NCBI GenBank assembly: GCA_004431415.1
Contig: QPMI01000046.1
Location: 1 to 64,000, forward strand
Source of the DNA: Cyanophora paradoxa CCMP329
Taxonomy: Eukaryota > Plantae > Glaucophyta
DNA length: 64,000 nt
Direction of reading: 5' to 3'
Shown: in pieces, positions 47,625-58,900 of the stretch
Position numbering within the stretch: the first letter of the stretch is position 1
Layout: each line of letters opens with the position of its first letter
Notes under the pieces: generated by a model
What the model saw: the letters and a program-made list of their open reading frames with translations, nothing else
What the model was told of the DNA's origin: nothing
Database searches by the model: none
Position numbers and translations under genes: made by a program

Positions 47625-48820
47625 ATCTACAAGTACAGCGGCGAGCTGGACGCGGCGACCGAGCTCCTCGACCGCGCCCTCTACTGCCTCGAGGCAGCCT
47701 GGTGCGGGGCGGGGCGCGGGCACGGGCGCGGCGGGGTGGAGGATGCGTTGCGCCGCAGTTCGTTCACTTGGTTTTGAGCTCCGTCCCCGGCAGGCACCCG
47801 CAGTTCAAGCCGGCGAGCGGCGCCTGCCGCCTTGACTTCGCAGTCATGGAGAACAAGTGCGCAGAGAACCCGTTGTACCCCCGAGGATAACCTGTACCCT
47901 CCTCCGGACTCACCCCGCCACCCCCAGGGCCTGGTCTTCCGGCGCCTGCAGATGCTCATTCGCGGCGGCTGCTCCCGCACCTCCCTCGGTACCCCCTCGA
48001 CCGCTTCCCCCTACTCGGATTCGAACCGAACGTCGTACCTCCAGAGACGGCCAAGCTGCTGCTTGCGCTGGACCCCGACAGTGACCTGATGGGGGTGCTC
48101 CAGTGCATCGACTACTTCGCCCTCCGCGCCAGGTACCCCATAACCTTCCCCCCCAACTTCCCCCCCCCCACCTCATTTTTCTTCAGGGAGTACAAGTTCC
48201 TTCTGGAGCTGGTGGCGGCGCCGGCGCTCCCCGGGCGCTCCGCCTCGTTCGTGCGGGAGCCGCCCCTCTCGAGGCGGGAGCCGCCCCTCTTCCTCCCCAT
48301 CGCCCTCAACTCCTCGGGTACCCCCACTTAGCCTCTCCCCCTTTTTTCCTGGCGCCGAGCCGGGCTCGCAGCGTACGCGCTCATGCGCGTGGCGCGGGAC
48401 GGCGGCGCCGCGCCCGTCGACGAGCCGGTGCCCTGCGCCCCTCCGAATCTCCTCTAAGACTGAAGCGCGGCAGGTCCTCCGGCGCCTCTTCTCGCACACG
48501 CTGGACCCCGCCTCGCCGGCGCCGCCCCCGCCCTCTGCCGCGCCCTTGCCGCCGCCCTCCTGCGGCAGGCGGTCCTCATGTACCCCGGCGCCGTCCGCCC
48601 CTCCTCGAGAACTACAACGTCAAGCCCGACTCCGGGGTGCGGGGGAGGGCGGGACTCCGACAAGGCGAGCGTCTTTCCTCTGAGCTTCTTTACTTTCCGA
48701 GTCCTGAGCGGCTCTCTCCTTTGCTTCTTCGTTCACAGGGCGCCAGGGGCTGGGCCGCCCTACACAGGCGGCCCTCTTCGACGACGACGAGCCGGCCGCC
48801 AGCGTCGAGCTCCCGCCCCT
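47625..48820 (+). pseudogene. TCF25: Captured intron-containing fragment of TCF25/NULP1 (Rqc1, ribosome quality control)
   Basis: Spliced reading ELLDRALYCLEAAW|HPQFKPASGACRLDFAVMENK|..MLIRGGCSRTSLE|TAKLLL.LDPDSDLMGVLQCIDYFALRAR|EYKFL..AVLMYPGAVRPLLE matches recalled TCF25 motifs; GT-AG introns such as 47702-47793. Confidence 0.8.
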
Positions 48821-51800
48821 GACTGCCGGGATCGGACCCTGGACGAGCTCAATGCTTTGAAGCAATTGCAATTCTTGAGCTCGGTGCGTTTCTTACTGCA
48901 ACTTATCTTGCGATTCTGCTCTCAATATGCTGTTAGGTGGCGCTCGAGTCGAGACGCTCGCAAAAGTAACAACGGGCTGGGCACGACCGCCGGGTCTACA
49001 TTCAAAGCGAAGTGTTGGGTCGACCGGGTCCTGGAGGTCCTGTTCTCCCTGCGCGCGCTGGGGTCGGGTGGTGTGCAGTGGCCACCACCTGCGCGATCCG
49101 ACAGCATGCGCACCATTTGTGGTCGCGTCCACAGAGTGGTTCCGCGCGCCCCGCGCGGGCGTCCTGACATCTTCGCGAACGAAGAGCAGGCAAAAGGGCT
49201 ACTGCAGCTGTGCAAGGCTTTTGTAGGACTGCAGATAGCCTGATTCCGCATGCAGCTATAGTCTAGGGTTCTACGACATCGTTGGTTTTGTATGAGATCA
49301 ATTTCACGAGGCCGAACTCTGTACCCTTCGATCGCAAGTTAGCCACCGGTGGCTAGCTTAGGGGGAATGAACAGGGGGGAGAAGCGCAGGGGGGAAGAAT
49401 AGGAAAAAAAAGGAACTTCCGCGCGCCCGGCCATGCATGCAGCGCGCGAATTCCGTCCGCTGCGCATGCGCACTGTCCGCGCGCACGCCGTGCTCAGCCC
49501 CGCGGCGCCACGCCCGCCCCGCAGGCGTCTTCGCCGCGCCCGTGCACGCGAGGAGTACACATCGCTTGCTTCATCGGCTCACCCGCGGCGCCGGCGGCGC
49601 GCTAGCTACACGCTTTCGCTTGTCCGAGGTACTCATCTTCGAATTCTGCAGCCGTCGCCCCATCCTCGGCAGCTGTAAGGCGGCACGCAGGGACTCGAGC
49701 TCTCAACTATGGCGTCGCCCGGCGGGCCCAGCGCAAGCAGCTCTGAGCCAGTAGGTCCGTCCCGGAACCGCCCCTCGGACCTGCCTGGGCGCGCTTTCTT
49801 CCGATCCTTCTAAAAACCGTGATTTCGGGGCGACGTTTTGGCACTATGTTCACTATGCCCGCCGGCCATGGGCTCGGATCGGGCCGGGGCCTTTTTCAAG
49901 CGATCGCCGGCGCCGCGTCCGTCGTCCGACGGTTCGCGCTAGCGATCGCCCGGAGTACTCGGTACCAGGGCCTAGCGATCGCCGAAGCGATGAGAAGGCT
50001 CTCTGACCGGCGATCGCTTGCGCAGGAGCTGCTTCAAGTTCGTCGCACCAGCCAACGCCAACGCCTGCAGTGCGTGCCCGCCTCCCGTAGCGCTGTGGGC
50101 ATGCTCGCATAGAGATTCTCTATTCAATGCGATCGCTACATCTCTGCCCGCGCATAGAGCCTTCTCATTGCTCGGCGATCGCTTTGTGTTCGGCGCCATA
50201 CCCAGCGGATCCGATCTCTAACAAAGAGCTGCTGGGCCGGCGATCGCTTCTGTGTTCTCAGTTCTAACGGTCGCCGCGGGCTTGACGTCCACAGCCTTCT
50301 CATTGGCCAAGCGATCGCTGATCACGGATGAATGGGCGAAAGCCAGTATCCAGGCAGTGCTTCCACCCCCCGTGCCTGGTGCTTGCCTGGGCGGCGCGAT
50401 CGAGCACGTTCTTCCCACGTGAAACGTGGTGAAAGTGTGTTAAATGCTTTGTGAAATCGCTGTATCTTCTTCGAAGCCGGGGCGCGGACGATGTTGGGAG
50501 AACTCGTGACTGTTGCTGACTCGGGGAGAACTCGAGCTGGGGAAGAGTAAACGAAAGCGTTCCTGTACCCGTTCTGAGAGCGAGACGCAGCTCCCGCAGC
50601 TCCTGCGCGCTAAATAGAGCATTGGAGGCGCATTTTGATAGACCGCAGCCATGTTTAATCAAGTTCCCGACCCGTTTCGGCCGCCAGAAGAGCAGCAAGC
50701 ACCGTTCCTGTCGTTCGAGCTTCCAGGCTTGCCTTGGTCGGCCATTTCGCTTCTGACCTGCGTACTGCGTCTTACTTGTGGCAGGCGACCGCTTCGCCTG
50801 CGCCAGAAGCTCCGCCGCCTTGGCTGCTACACCCGACTACAGCCACGGCCTCCTCCTCGACCATAGCATCACACTCGTGTTCTTCATCATCGTCATCGTC
50901 GAGTTCCGCTTTCGCCAGCTCTATAAGCGCGTCCAGCCCGGCGTTAAGCAGGGCGTCCGCCATCGCCGTCACAAAGAGATCTGGTATCCTCGGTCTTTGA
51001 TGTCGTTCTTCGCGCCCTCACTTACCTCTCCGTACGGCTTCAGAGCTTTCGAGACCACGACGGCTTCGCTGGCGGTGGGCCGCCGCGTGTGTGCGGCGCG
51101 CGCTGTTCGGGAGGCTTCGCTGGACGCGGGACGCCCTCGTTTCGCCTACACACACCTCCGTTATGTCAGACTACAACGGCGCGGGTCGCGTCGCATCCCT
51201 TCCGGTCCGCTCTCACGCAGCCAACCGCCGCGCATTCTTTCCTTCACGGCCAGCTCATCTGCCGTCAGGCTTTCACGGCGGCTAGCTTTACATCATCGTC
51301 TCTTGCGCGCATCTGAAGTGTCTGCGGTGCGCGGGCTGCGCTGGTGCCCGACACTGTCCGCGCGCACGCCGTGCTCAGCCCCGCGGCGCCACGCCCGCCC
51401 CGCAGGCGTCTTCGCCGCGCCCGTGCACGCGAGGAGTACACATCGCTTGCTTCATCGGCTCACCCGCGGCGCCGGCGGCGCGCTAGCTACACGCTTTCGC
51501 TTGTCCGAGGTACTCATCTTCGAATTCTGCAGCCGTCGCCCCATCCTCGGCAGCTGTAAGGCGGCACGCAGGGACTCGAGCTCTCAACTATGGCGTCGCC
51601 CGGCGGGCCCAGCGCAAGCAGCTCTGAGCCAGTAGGTCCGTCCCGGAACCGCCCTCGGACCTGCCTGGGCGCGCTTTCTTCCGATCCTTCTAAAAACCGT
51701 GATTTCGGGGCGACGTTTTGGCACTATGTTCACTATGCCCGCCGGCCATGGGCTCGGATCGGGCCGGGGCCTTTTTCAAGCGATCGCCGGCGCCGCGTCC

Positions 51801-52612
51801 GTCGTCCGACGGTTCGCGCTAGCGATCGCCCCGGAGTACTCGGTACCAGGGCCTAGCGATCGCCGAAGCGATGAGAAGGCTCTCTGACCGGCGATCGCTT
51901 GCGCAGGAGCTGCTTCAAGTTCGTCGCACCAGCCAACGCCAACGCCTGCAGTGCGTGCCCGCCTCCCGTAGCGCTGTGGGCATGCTCGCATAGAGATTCT
52001 CTATTCAATGCGATCGCTACATCTCTGCCCGCGCATAGAGCCTTCTCATTGCTCGGCGATCGCTTTGTGTTCGGCGCCATACCCAGCGGATCCGATCTCT
52101 AACAAAGAGCTGCTGGGCCGGCGATCGCTTCTGTGTTCTCAGTTCTAACGGTCGCCGCGGGCTTGACGTCCACAGCCTTCTCATTGGCCAAGCGATCGCT
52201 GGTTTTCGGTGTCTTATGCCCGTCTCCGCAGCATGCTGACCCCCGGAGAGAGGAGGCGGACCTCCCTACCCCCGGAGTGCCCTCTTCGGGGGGAAGAGAG
52301 GACGTGGACCTCCTTCCCCTCTCCCAGCCCCTCTTCGGAGGCCCCGCCCCCGCCTTCCGCCTCCCCCGGCCCGCCCTCCCCCGGCCCCGCCCTCTCCCCA
52401 GCCCCGCCTCTCCCCCCGGCCCCGCCCCTCCCCCGGCCCGCCCCGGGCCCCGGGCGTGCCCTCCCCCCGGCCCCGCCCGGGCCCGGGCCCGCCCTCCCCC
52501 TGGCCCGCCCCTCCCCCGGCCCTGCCCGGGCCCGGGCCGCCCTCCCCGAGCACACGAACCCCCGAGCACACGAAGCCTGGCCCGGGGCCTGAAGCCGGCG
52601 GGCCGGCCTCAG

Positions 52613-53807
52613 ATCTACAAGTACAGCGGCGAGCTGGACGCGGCGACCGAGCTCCTCGACCGCGCCCTCTACTGCCTCGAGGCAGCCTGGTGCGGGGCGG
52701 GGCGCGGGCACGGGCGCGGCGGGGTGGAGGATGCGTTGCGCCGCAGTTCGTTCACTTGGTTTTGAGCTCCGTCCCCGGCAGGCACCCGCAGTTCAAGCCG
52801 GCGAGCGGCGCCTGCCGCCTTGACTTCGCAGTCATGGAGAACAAGTGCGCAGAGAACCCGTTGTACCCCCGAGGATAACCTGTACCCTCCTCCGGACTCA
52901 CCCCGCCACCCCCAGGGCCTGGTCTTCCGGCGCCTGCAGATGCTCATTCGCGGCGGCTGCTCCCGCACCTCCTCGGTACCCCCTCGACCGCTTCCCCCCT
53001 ACTCGGATTCGAACCGAACGTCGTACCTCCAGAGACGGCCAAGCTGCTGCTTGCGCTGGACCCCGACAGTGACCTGATGGGGGTGCTCCAGTGCATCGAC
53101 TACTTCGCCCTCCGCGCCAGGTACCCCATAACCTTCCCCCCCCCAACTTCCCCCCCCCCACCTCATTTTTCTTCAGGAGTACAAGTTCCTTCTGGAGCTG
53201 GTGGCGGCGCCGGCGCTCCCCGGGCGCTCCGCCTCGTTCGTGCGGGAGCCGCCCCTCTCGAGGCGGGAGCCGCCCCTCTTCCTCCCATCGCCCTCAACTC
53301 CTCGGTACCCCACTTAGCCTCTCCCCCTTTTTTCCTGGCGCCGAGCCGGGCTCGCAGCGTACGCGCTCATGCGCGTGGCGCGGGACGGCGGCGCCGCGCC
53401 CGTCGACGAGCCGGTGCCCTGCGCCCCTCCGAATCTCCTCTAAGACTGAAGCGCGGCAGGTCCTCCGGCGCCTCTTCTCGCACACGCTGGACCCCGCCTC
53501 GCCGGCGCCGCCCCGCCCTCTGCCGCGGCCCTTGCCGCCGCCCTCCTGCGGCAGGCGGTCCTCATGTACCCGGCGCCGTCCGCCCCCTCCTCGAGAACTA
53601 CAACGTCAAGCCCGACTCCGGGGTGCGGGGGAGGGGCGGGACTCCGACAAGGCGAGCGTCTTTCCTCTGAGCTTCTTTACTTTCCGAGTCCTGAGCGGCT
53701 CTCTCCTTTGCTTCTTCGTTCACAGGGCGCCAGGGGCTGGGCCGCCCTACACAGGCGGCCCCTCTTCGACGACGACGAGCCGGCCGCCAGCGTCGAGCTC
53801 CCGCCCT
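52613..53807 (+). pseudogene. TCF25: Second copy of the TCF25 fragment
   Basis: Near-identical duplicate of 47625-48820. Confidence 0.8.
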
Positions 53808-55903
53808 GACTGCCGGGATCGGACCCTGGACGAGCTCAATGCTTTGAAGCAATTGCAATTCTTGAGCTCGGTGCGTTTCTTACTGCAACTTATCTTGCGA
53901 TTCTGCTCTCAATATGCTGTTAGGTGGCGCTCGAGTCGAGACGCTCGCAAAAGTAACAACGGGCTGGGCACGACCGCCGGGTCTACATTCAAAGCGAAGT
54001 GTTGGGTCGACCGGGTCCTGGAGGTCCTGTTCTCCCTGCGCGCGCTGGGGTCGGGTGGTGTGCAGTGGCCACCACCTGCGCGATCCGACAGCATGCGCAC
54101 CATTTGTGGTCGCGTCCACAGAGTGGTTCCGCGCGCCCGCGCGGGGCGTCCTGACATCTTCGCGAACGAAGAGCAGGCAAAAGGGCTACTGCAGCTGTGC
54201 AAGGCTTTTGTAGGACTGCAGATAGCCTGATTCCGCATGCAGCTATAGTCTAGGGTTCTACGACATCGTTGGTTTTGTATGAGATCAATTTCACGAGGCC
54301 GAACTCTGTACCCTTCGATCGCAAGTTAGCCACCGGTGGCTAGCTTAGGGGGAATGAACAGGGGGAGAAGCGCAGGGGGGAAGAATAGGAAAAAAAGGAA
54401 CTTCCGCGCGCCCGGCCATGCATGCAGCGCGCGAATTCCGTCCGCTGCGCATGCGCACTGTCCGCGCGCACGCCGTGCTCAGCCCCGCGGCGCCACGCCC
54501 GCCCCGCAGGCGTCTTCGCCGCGCCCGTGCACGCGAGGAGTACACATCGCTTGCTTCATCGGCTCACCCGCGGCGCCGGCGGCGCGCTAGCTACACGCTT
54601 TCGCTTGTCCGAGGTACTCATCTTCGAATTCTGCAGCCGTCGCCCCATCCTCGGCAGCTGTAAGGCGGCACGCAGGGACTCGAGCTCTCAACTATGGCGT
54701 CGCCCGGCGGGCCCAGCGCAAGCAGCTCTGAGCCAGTAGGTCCGTCCCGGAACCGCCCCTCGGACCTGCCTGGGCGCGCTTTCTTCCGATCCTTCTAAAA
54801 ACCGTGATTTCGGGGCGACGTTTTGGCACTATGTTCACTATGCCCGCCGGCCATGGGCTCGGATCGGGCCGGGGCCTTTTTCAAGCGATCGCCGGCGCCG
54901 CGTCCGTCGTCCGACGGTTCGCGCTAGCGATCGCCCCGGAGTACTCGGTACCAGGGCCTAGCGATCGCCGAAGCGATGAGAAGGCTCTCAGACTCTCAGT
55001 CGACTGGCATGGACGACCGTACGCGTCGGACGAGCCGGCGCCGGCGCCGCCGCGCCGGCCGGCCCGGCCGGGCCCGCCGCGGCGCCGGCGGCGCCGGCCG
55101 CGGCGGCCCGGCGCCGGCCGCGGCGAGTCGACGTCGGCGCCGACTCGGCGGCGACTCGGCGGCGAGTCGAAGAAAAAACCGTTTTGCAACGGCACATTCA
55201 ATTACTCATGAATCATGATCATGATCAGCCTGGTAGCTAGTGATTGTGAAAAGCCAGCGCTAGCTGAGTCAGTGATACCGCAATCGCTACTAGTACGTAT
55301 ACCGCTCGCTGGTCGGAAACCTCCCTGAATTCGTTCGCTTTAGGCCAGCACGCTGATGTGGAAGCTGAAGCTAGCACGCTGATCATAATATTAGTCACTC
55401 TGAAGTTGTTGAGTGTACATGTGCACACCACACACAATTCGTTCCAGCTCGGCCGTTCCGGGAGAACCGAGTTCTTTTATATTTATATAATTACGCACGC
55501 GTTAACGGTCGTGCATATAAGTTAACGTTATATCTTCTGTTGAATTGACTGTCATGATCATGATCAGATTTCAGCTCAAAGCGTATATCACGATTTCTGA
55601 AGGAAACTCATCGTATACTTGCATTAGACATTCTTGATGCAACACACACAATTCATGATCTACGTAAGGAATTCATGCTCTAGGTAAGGAAAATTGCTCG
55701 ATGAATTTCTGGATGCTTATAAACTAATTATCTATACCAGACATATTTGTCGAAAACTACTAAGCTATTCGTAGGCTATAGCTAGCTGTTGATGTCTGCG
55801 TTTGCCAACATCTTCAGGCTAGATCTGAATGCAGTCGAAGAATTTATTCCGCGGCCAGAACGAAGGCCGCTGCTGCTCTGTGACTAGACCGAAGTCCTGT
55901 CCA

Positions 55904-58900
55904 TTACTTCCCAAGCATCGCGGCGAGCTTGCAGGGGAGGCAGATGGAGGAGCACGGTGGCGAGGCGGGGCCGGGCACGCCGGCCGCGCTGACTGGCTGC
56001 ACCGTGAACTCGGTCATCTGGCCCGTCGGCAGATCGGCGAGCTGGTACGACGTCTGCGACGCAGAAGCCGTCGATATCAGTAAAACTCTCGGCGATCAGA
56101 TGCAAAAGCAAAATCAGTTCCTTGACGCACTTGATTGCCGGGGACCTTGCCGACGGGCAGGCCGTTCTGGAGCACCATGTACTCGGCCGGGGGCCCGTTC
56201 GCCGGCGGGTCCCAGGTCAGAGTGCCCGTCGTGTTCGACACGATGCCCTGGTTTCGATGCGCGTCAGAGAGGCGGAAACAAACGAAACGTTCTCTAATAA
56301 TAAACAATCGTGCCGACCTGGTCGACGTTGGTGAGCTGGACGTTCGAGGGCGCCGCGGGGTTGGACGAGCGCTGCGGGGCGGCCTTCTGGCCCTCCGTCG
56401 GGTCTGGCACAACGACGGGGGAGGAGCCGGCGGTGGGAGCCGGGCCGCTGGCGGTGACGGGCACGACAGAGACGACGGGGCTCGGCGGGACGCCCACGAG
56501 TTCGTACACAGTGACCGTCGGCGGGACCGTCGCGACCGTCGCGCCGTTGACGATGACATTGTAGCCCTGCAGGCGGTCGGCGCTGAAGGCCTTGCCCGTC
56601 GGCCGGTTCCACTTCAGCGTGGCGCTGCTGGCGGAGCTGGGCGTCGCGGTGAGCTGCAGGGCCGAGCTGGGGTCCGATGGGGCGCTGGCCGCAAGCGGGA
56701 AGGAGGCTGTCTCGGCGATGCCGCTGGCGCCCATCGGCACGACCTAGAATCGTGCACGTGGTCAGTCAAGTGCTTGCAATTCGCCGGAGTAACGATTGGA
56801 AACAAGGAACAATGAAGATTACCTGGTACTTTGCAGAGGACCCCGGAGCGGCAGCGGGAACAAGGATCGTGGTCTGGGTGCCGGGCACCATGGAAACGAC
56901 CTGCGAAAAACGATTCCGATTAACAAGCGGTCGCGAAAAGAAAGCGATTCATCATGGCATCATGATCAGGCGTGGATACCTTGCCGTTCGCCATGACTGC
57001 GTACATGTTTGCGGGACCAGTGGCGGGGTGGCTCCACGAGAGCGAACTGCTGCCGCCGCGACCGCCAGCCGACGTCAGGCGCAGGTTCGAGGGCGCCTTC
57101 TCATCCGGAGCCGGGCCGGAAACGTCGGAGTCGGCCAGCGTTGCGGCTGACGGCGCCGCAAACGGCGCCGGAGCACCGTAGCTGCTCGAGCCAGGGCCAG
57201 CAGAGCCGCGGGTGGGTGGCATCGATATCGCGCGGTTGAACGCGTCGCTGCCGTCCGATCCCGTGGGAGCGCCGCCAGCGCCATACCCGGCGCCGCTCAG
57301 GGCCGCCGCGCCGACGCCGGCGTACGGGCCCGGCGCAAATCCGGAACCACGGCTACTGCCGCTGCTCACGGGATTCGAGGCCGGGCCCACCGCGCCGTTC
57401 GCCGCGACCGGCACGACCTGGTAGACCCTGCCGGGCTCGCCGCTCTTGGGCGAGACGTCGAACGTGGTCTGGTTGGCCGGGACGCTGCCGAGGACCTTGC
57501 CGTCGCCGATCACCGAGTAGCTCGCGGGGCTGCCCGCGCGCGGCGGGCTCCACGAGAGGCGGCCCGACGACCCGAAGAGGCCCGGCGAGCTCGTCAGCTG
57601 CAGGTTCGAGGGCGCCATGTCCGCGGGGCTCGCGGGGCCCGCGCCGGAGCCGGCCGGGTACGAGGCGAGAGGCACGCTGTTGCTGGCGGGGCCCGCGGGG
57701 CTGCCCGACGACGACAGCGGCACCACCGAGAAGTACGAGTTGGCCGCCGCGCTCGGGCTGAGGCCCTTGGGCGCGAAGGTGTTGACGCCCGACGGCGAGG
57801 CCTTGGCAGTGGCGACCTGGCGGCCGTCCTGCAGGACGCCGAAGCTGCCGCGAAAAAGCGCGTCAGCGCCCGCAGAGACGGCCCCGCGCGCGAAACACGG
57901 CTGCCGCACCTCGGGACGTTGCCGAGGCCGCTCGGCGTGGTCCACGCCAGCAGCGCGCTTGGGCTGGAGCCGGAGCCCGCCGGCGTCGACGTCAGCGCGA
58001 TCGAGCTCGGATCGCTCGGCAGCGAGGCCGCGAGCGGCGACGAGGCCGGGCCCGCGACGCCATTGCTGTCGAACGGCACCACCTGCAGGGTCGAGGCGCC
58101 GCCGTTGGTCGGCAGGCCGGAGACCGGGACCGAGGTCTGGCCGCCGGGGACCGACGCGACGGGCTTGCCGTCCTTGAGGACGGTGTACGAGGCGGGCGAG
58201 CCCGAGGCCGGGCGCTTCCACGAGAGGGTGGCGGAGCCGGGACCGCTGCCGTTGAAGCTGCTGAGGGCCAGGCTCGAGGGCGCGAGCGGGCTCGGGGCGG
58301 GCGCGTCCACGCCAGAGTTGGCGATGCCGGCACCAGGGCCAGACGAGGGCCCATACGGGCCCGCGCCAGGGCCACCGTAGCCGGGGGCGCCTGCTCCGCT
58401 GTAGGCGGGCGCCGGGCCCGAGCCGCTGCTAGCCGTGTTCGAGGCCGGGCCCACCGCGCCGTTCGCCGCGACCGGCACAACCTGGTAGACGCTGCCGGGC
58501 TCGCCGCTCTTGGGCGAGACGTCGAACGTGGTCTGGTTGGCCGGGACGCTGCCGAGGACCTTGCCGTCGCCGATCACCGAGTAGCTCGCGGGGCTGCCCG
58601 CGCGCGGACGGTTCCACGAGAGGCGGCTCGACGAGAAGAGGCCCGGCGAGCTCGTCAGCTGCAGGTTCGAGGGCGCCATGTCCGCGGGGCTCGCGGGCCC
58701 GCGCCGGAGCCGGCCGGGTACGAGGCGAGAGGCACGCTGTTGCTGGCGGGGCCCGCGGGGCTGCCCGACGACGACAGCGGCACCACCGAGAAGTACGAGT
58801 TGGCCGCCGCGCTCGGGCTGAGGCCCTTGGGCGCGAAGGTGTTGACGCCCGACGGCGAGGCCTTGGCAGTGGCGACCTGGCGGCCGTCCTGCAGGACGCC

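Larger units (their letters stand above)
45171..54988. mobile_element. Concatemer of four TIR elements (A1 45171-46897, B1 47052-50002, A2 50156-51883, B2 52037-54988) joined by a near-identical ~153-bp spacer; 9-bp TSD suggests Mutator-like
   Basis: Each unit starts AGAGCCTTCTCATTGCTCGGCGATCGCT and ends AGCGATCGCCGAAGCGATGAGAAGGCTCT; cagactctc at 45162-45170 and 54989-54997; ~4985-bp periodicity. Confidence 0.85.
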
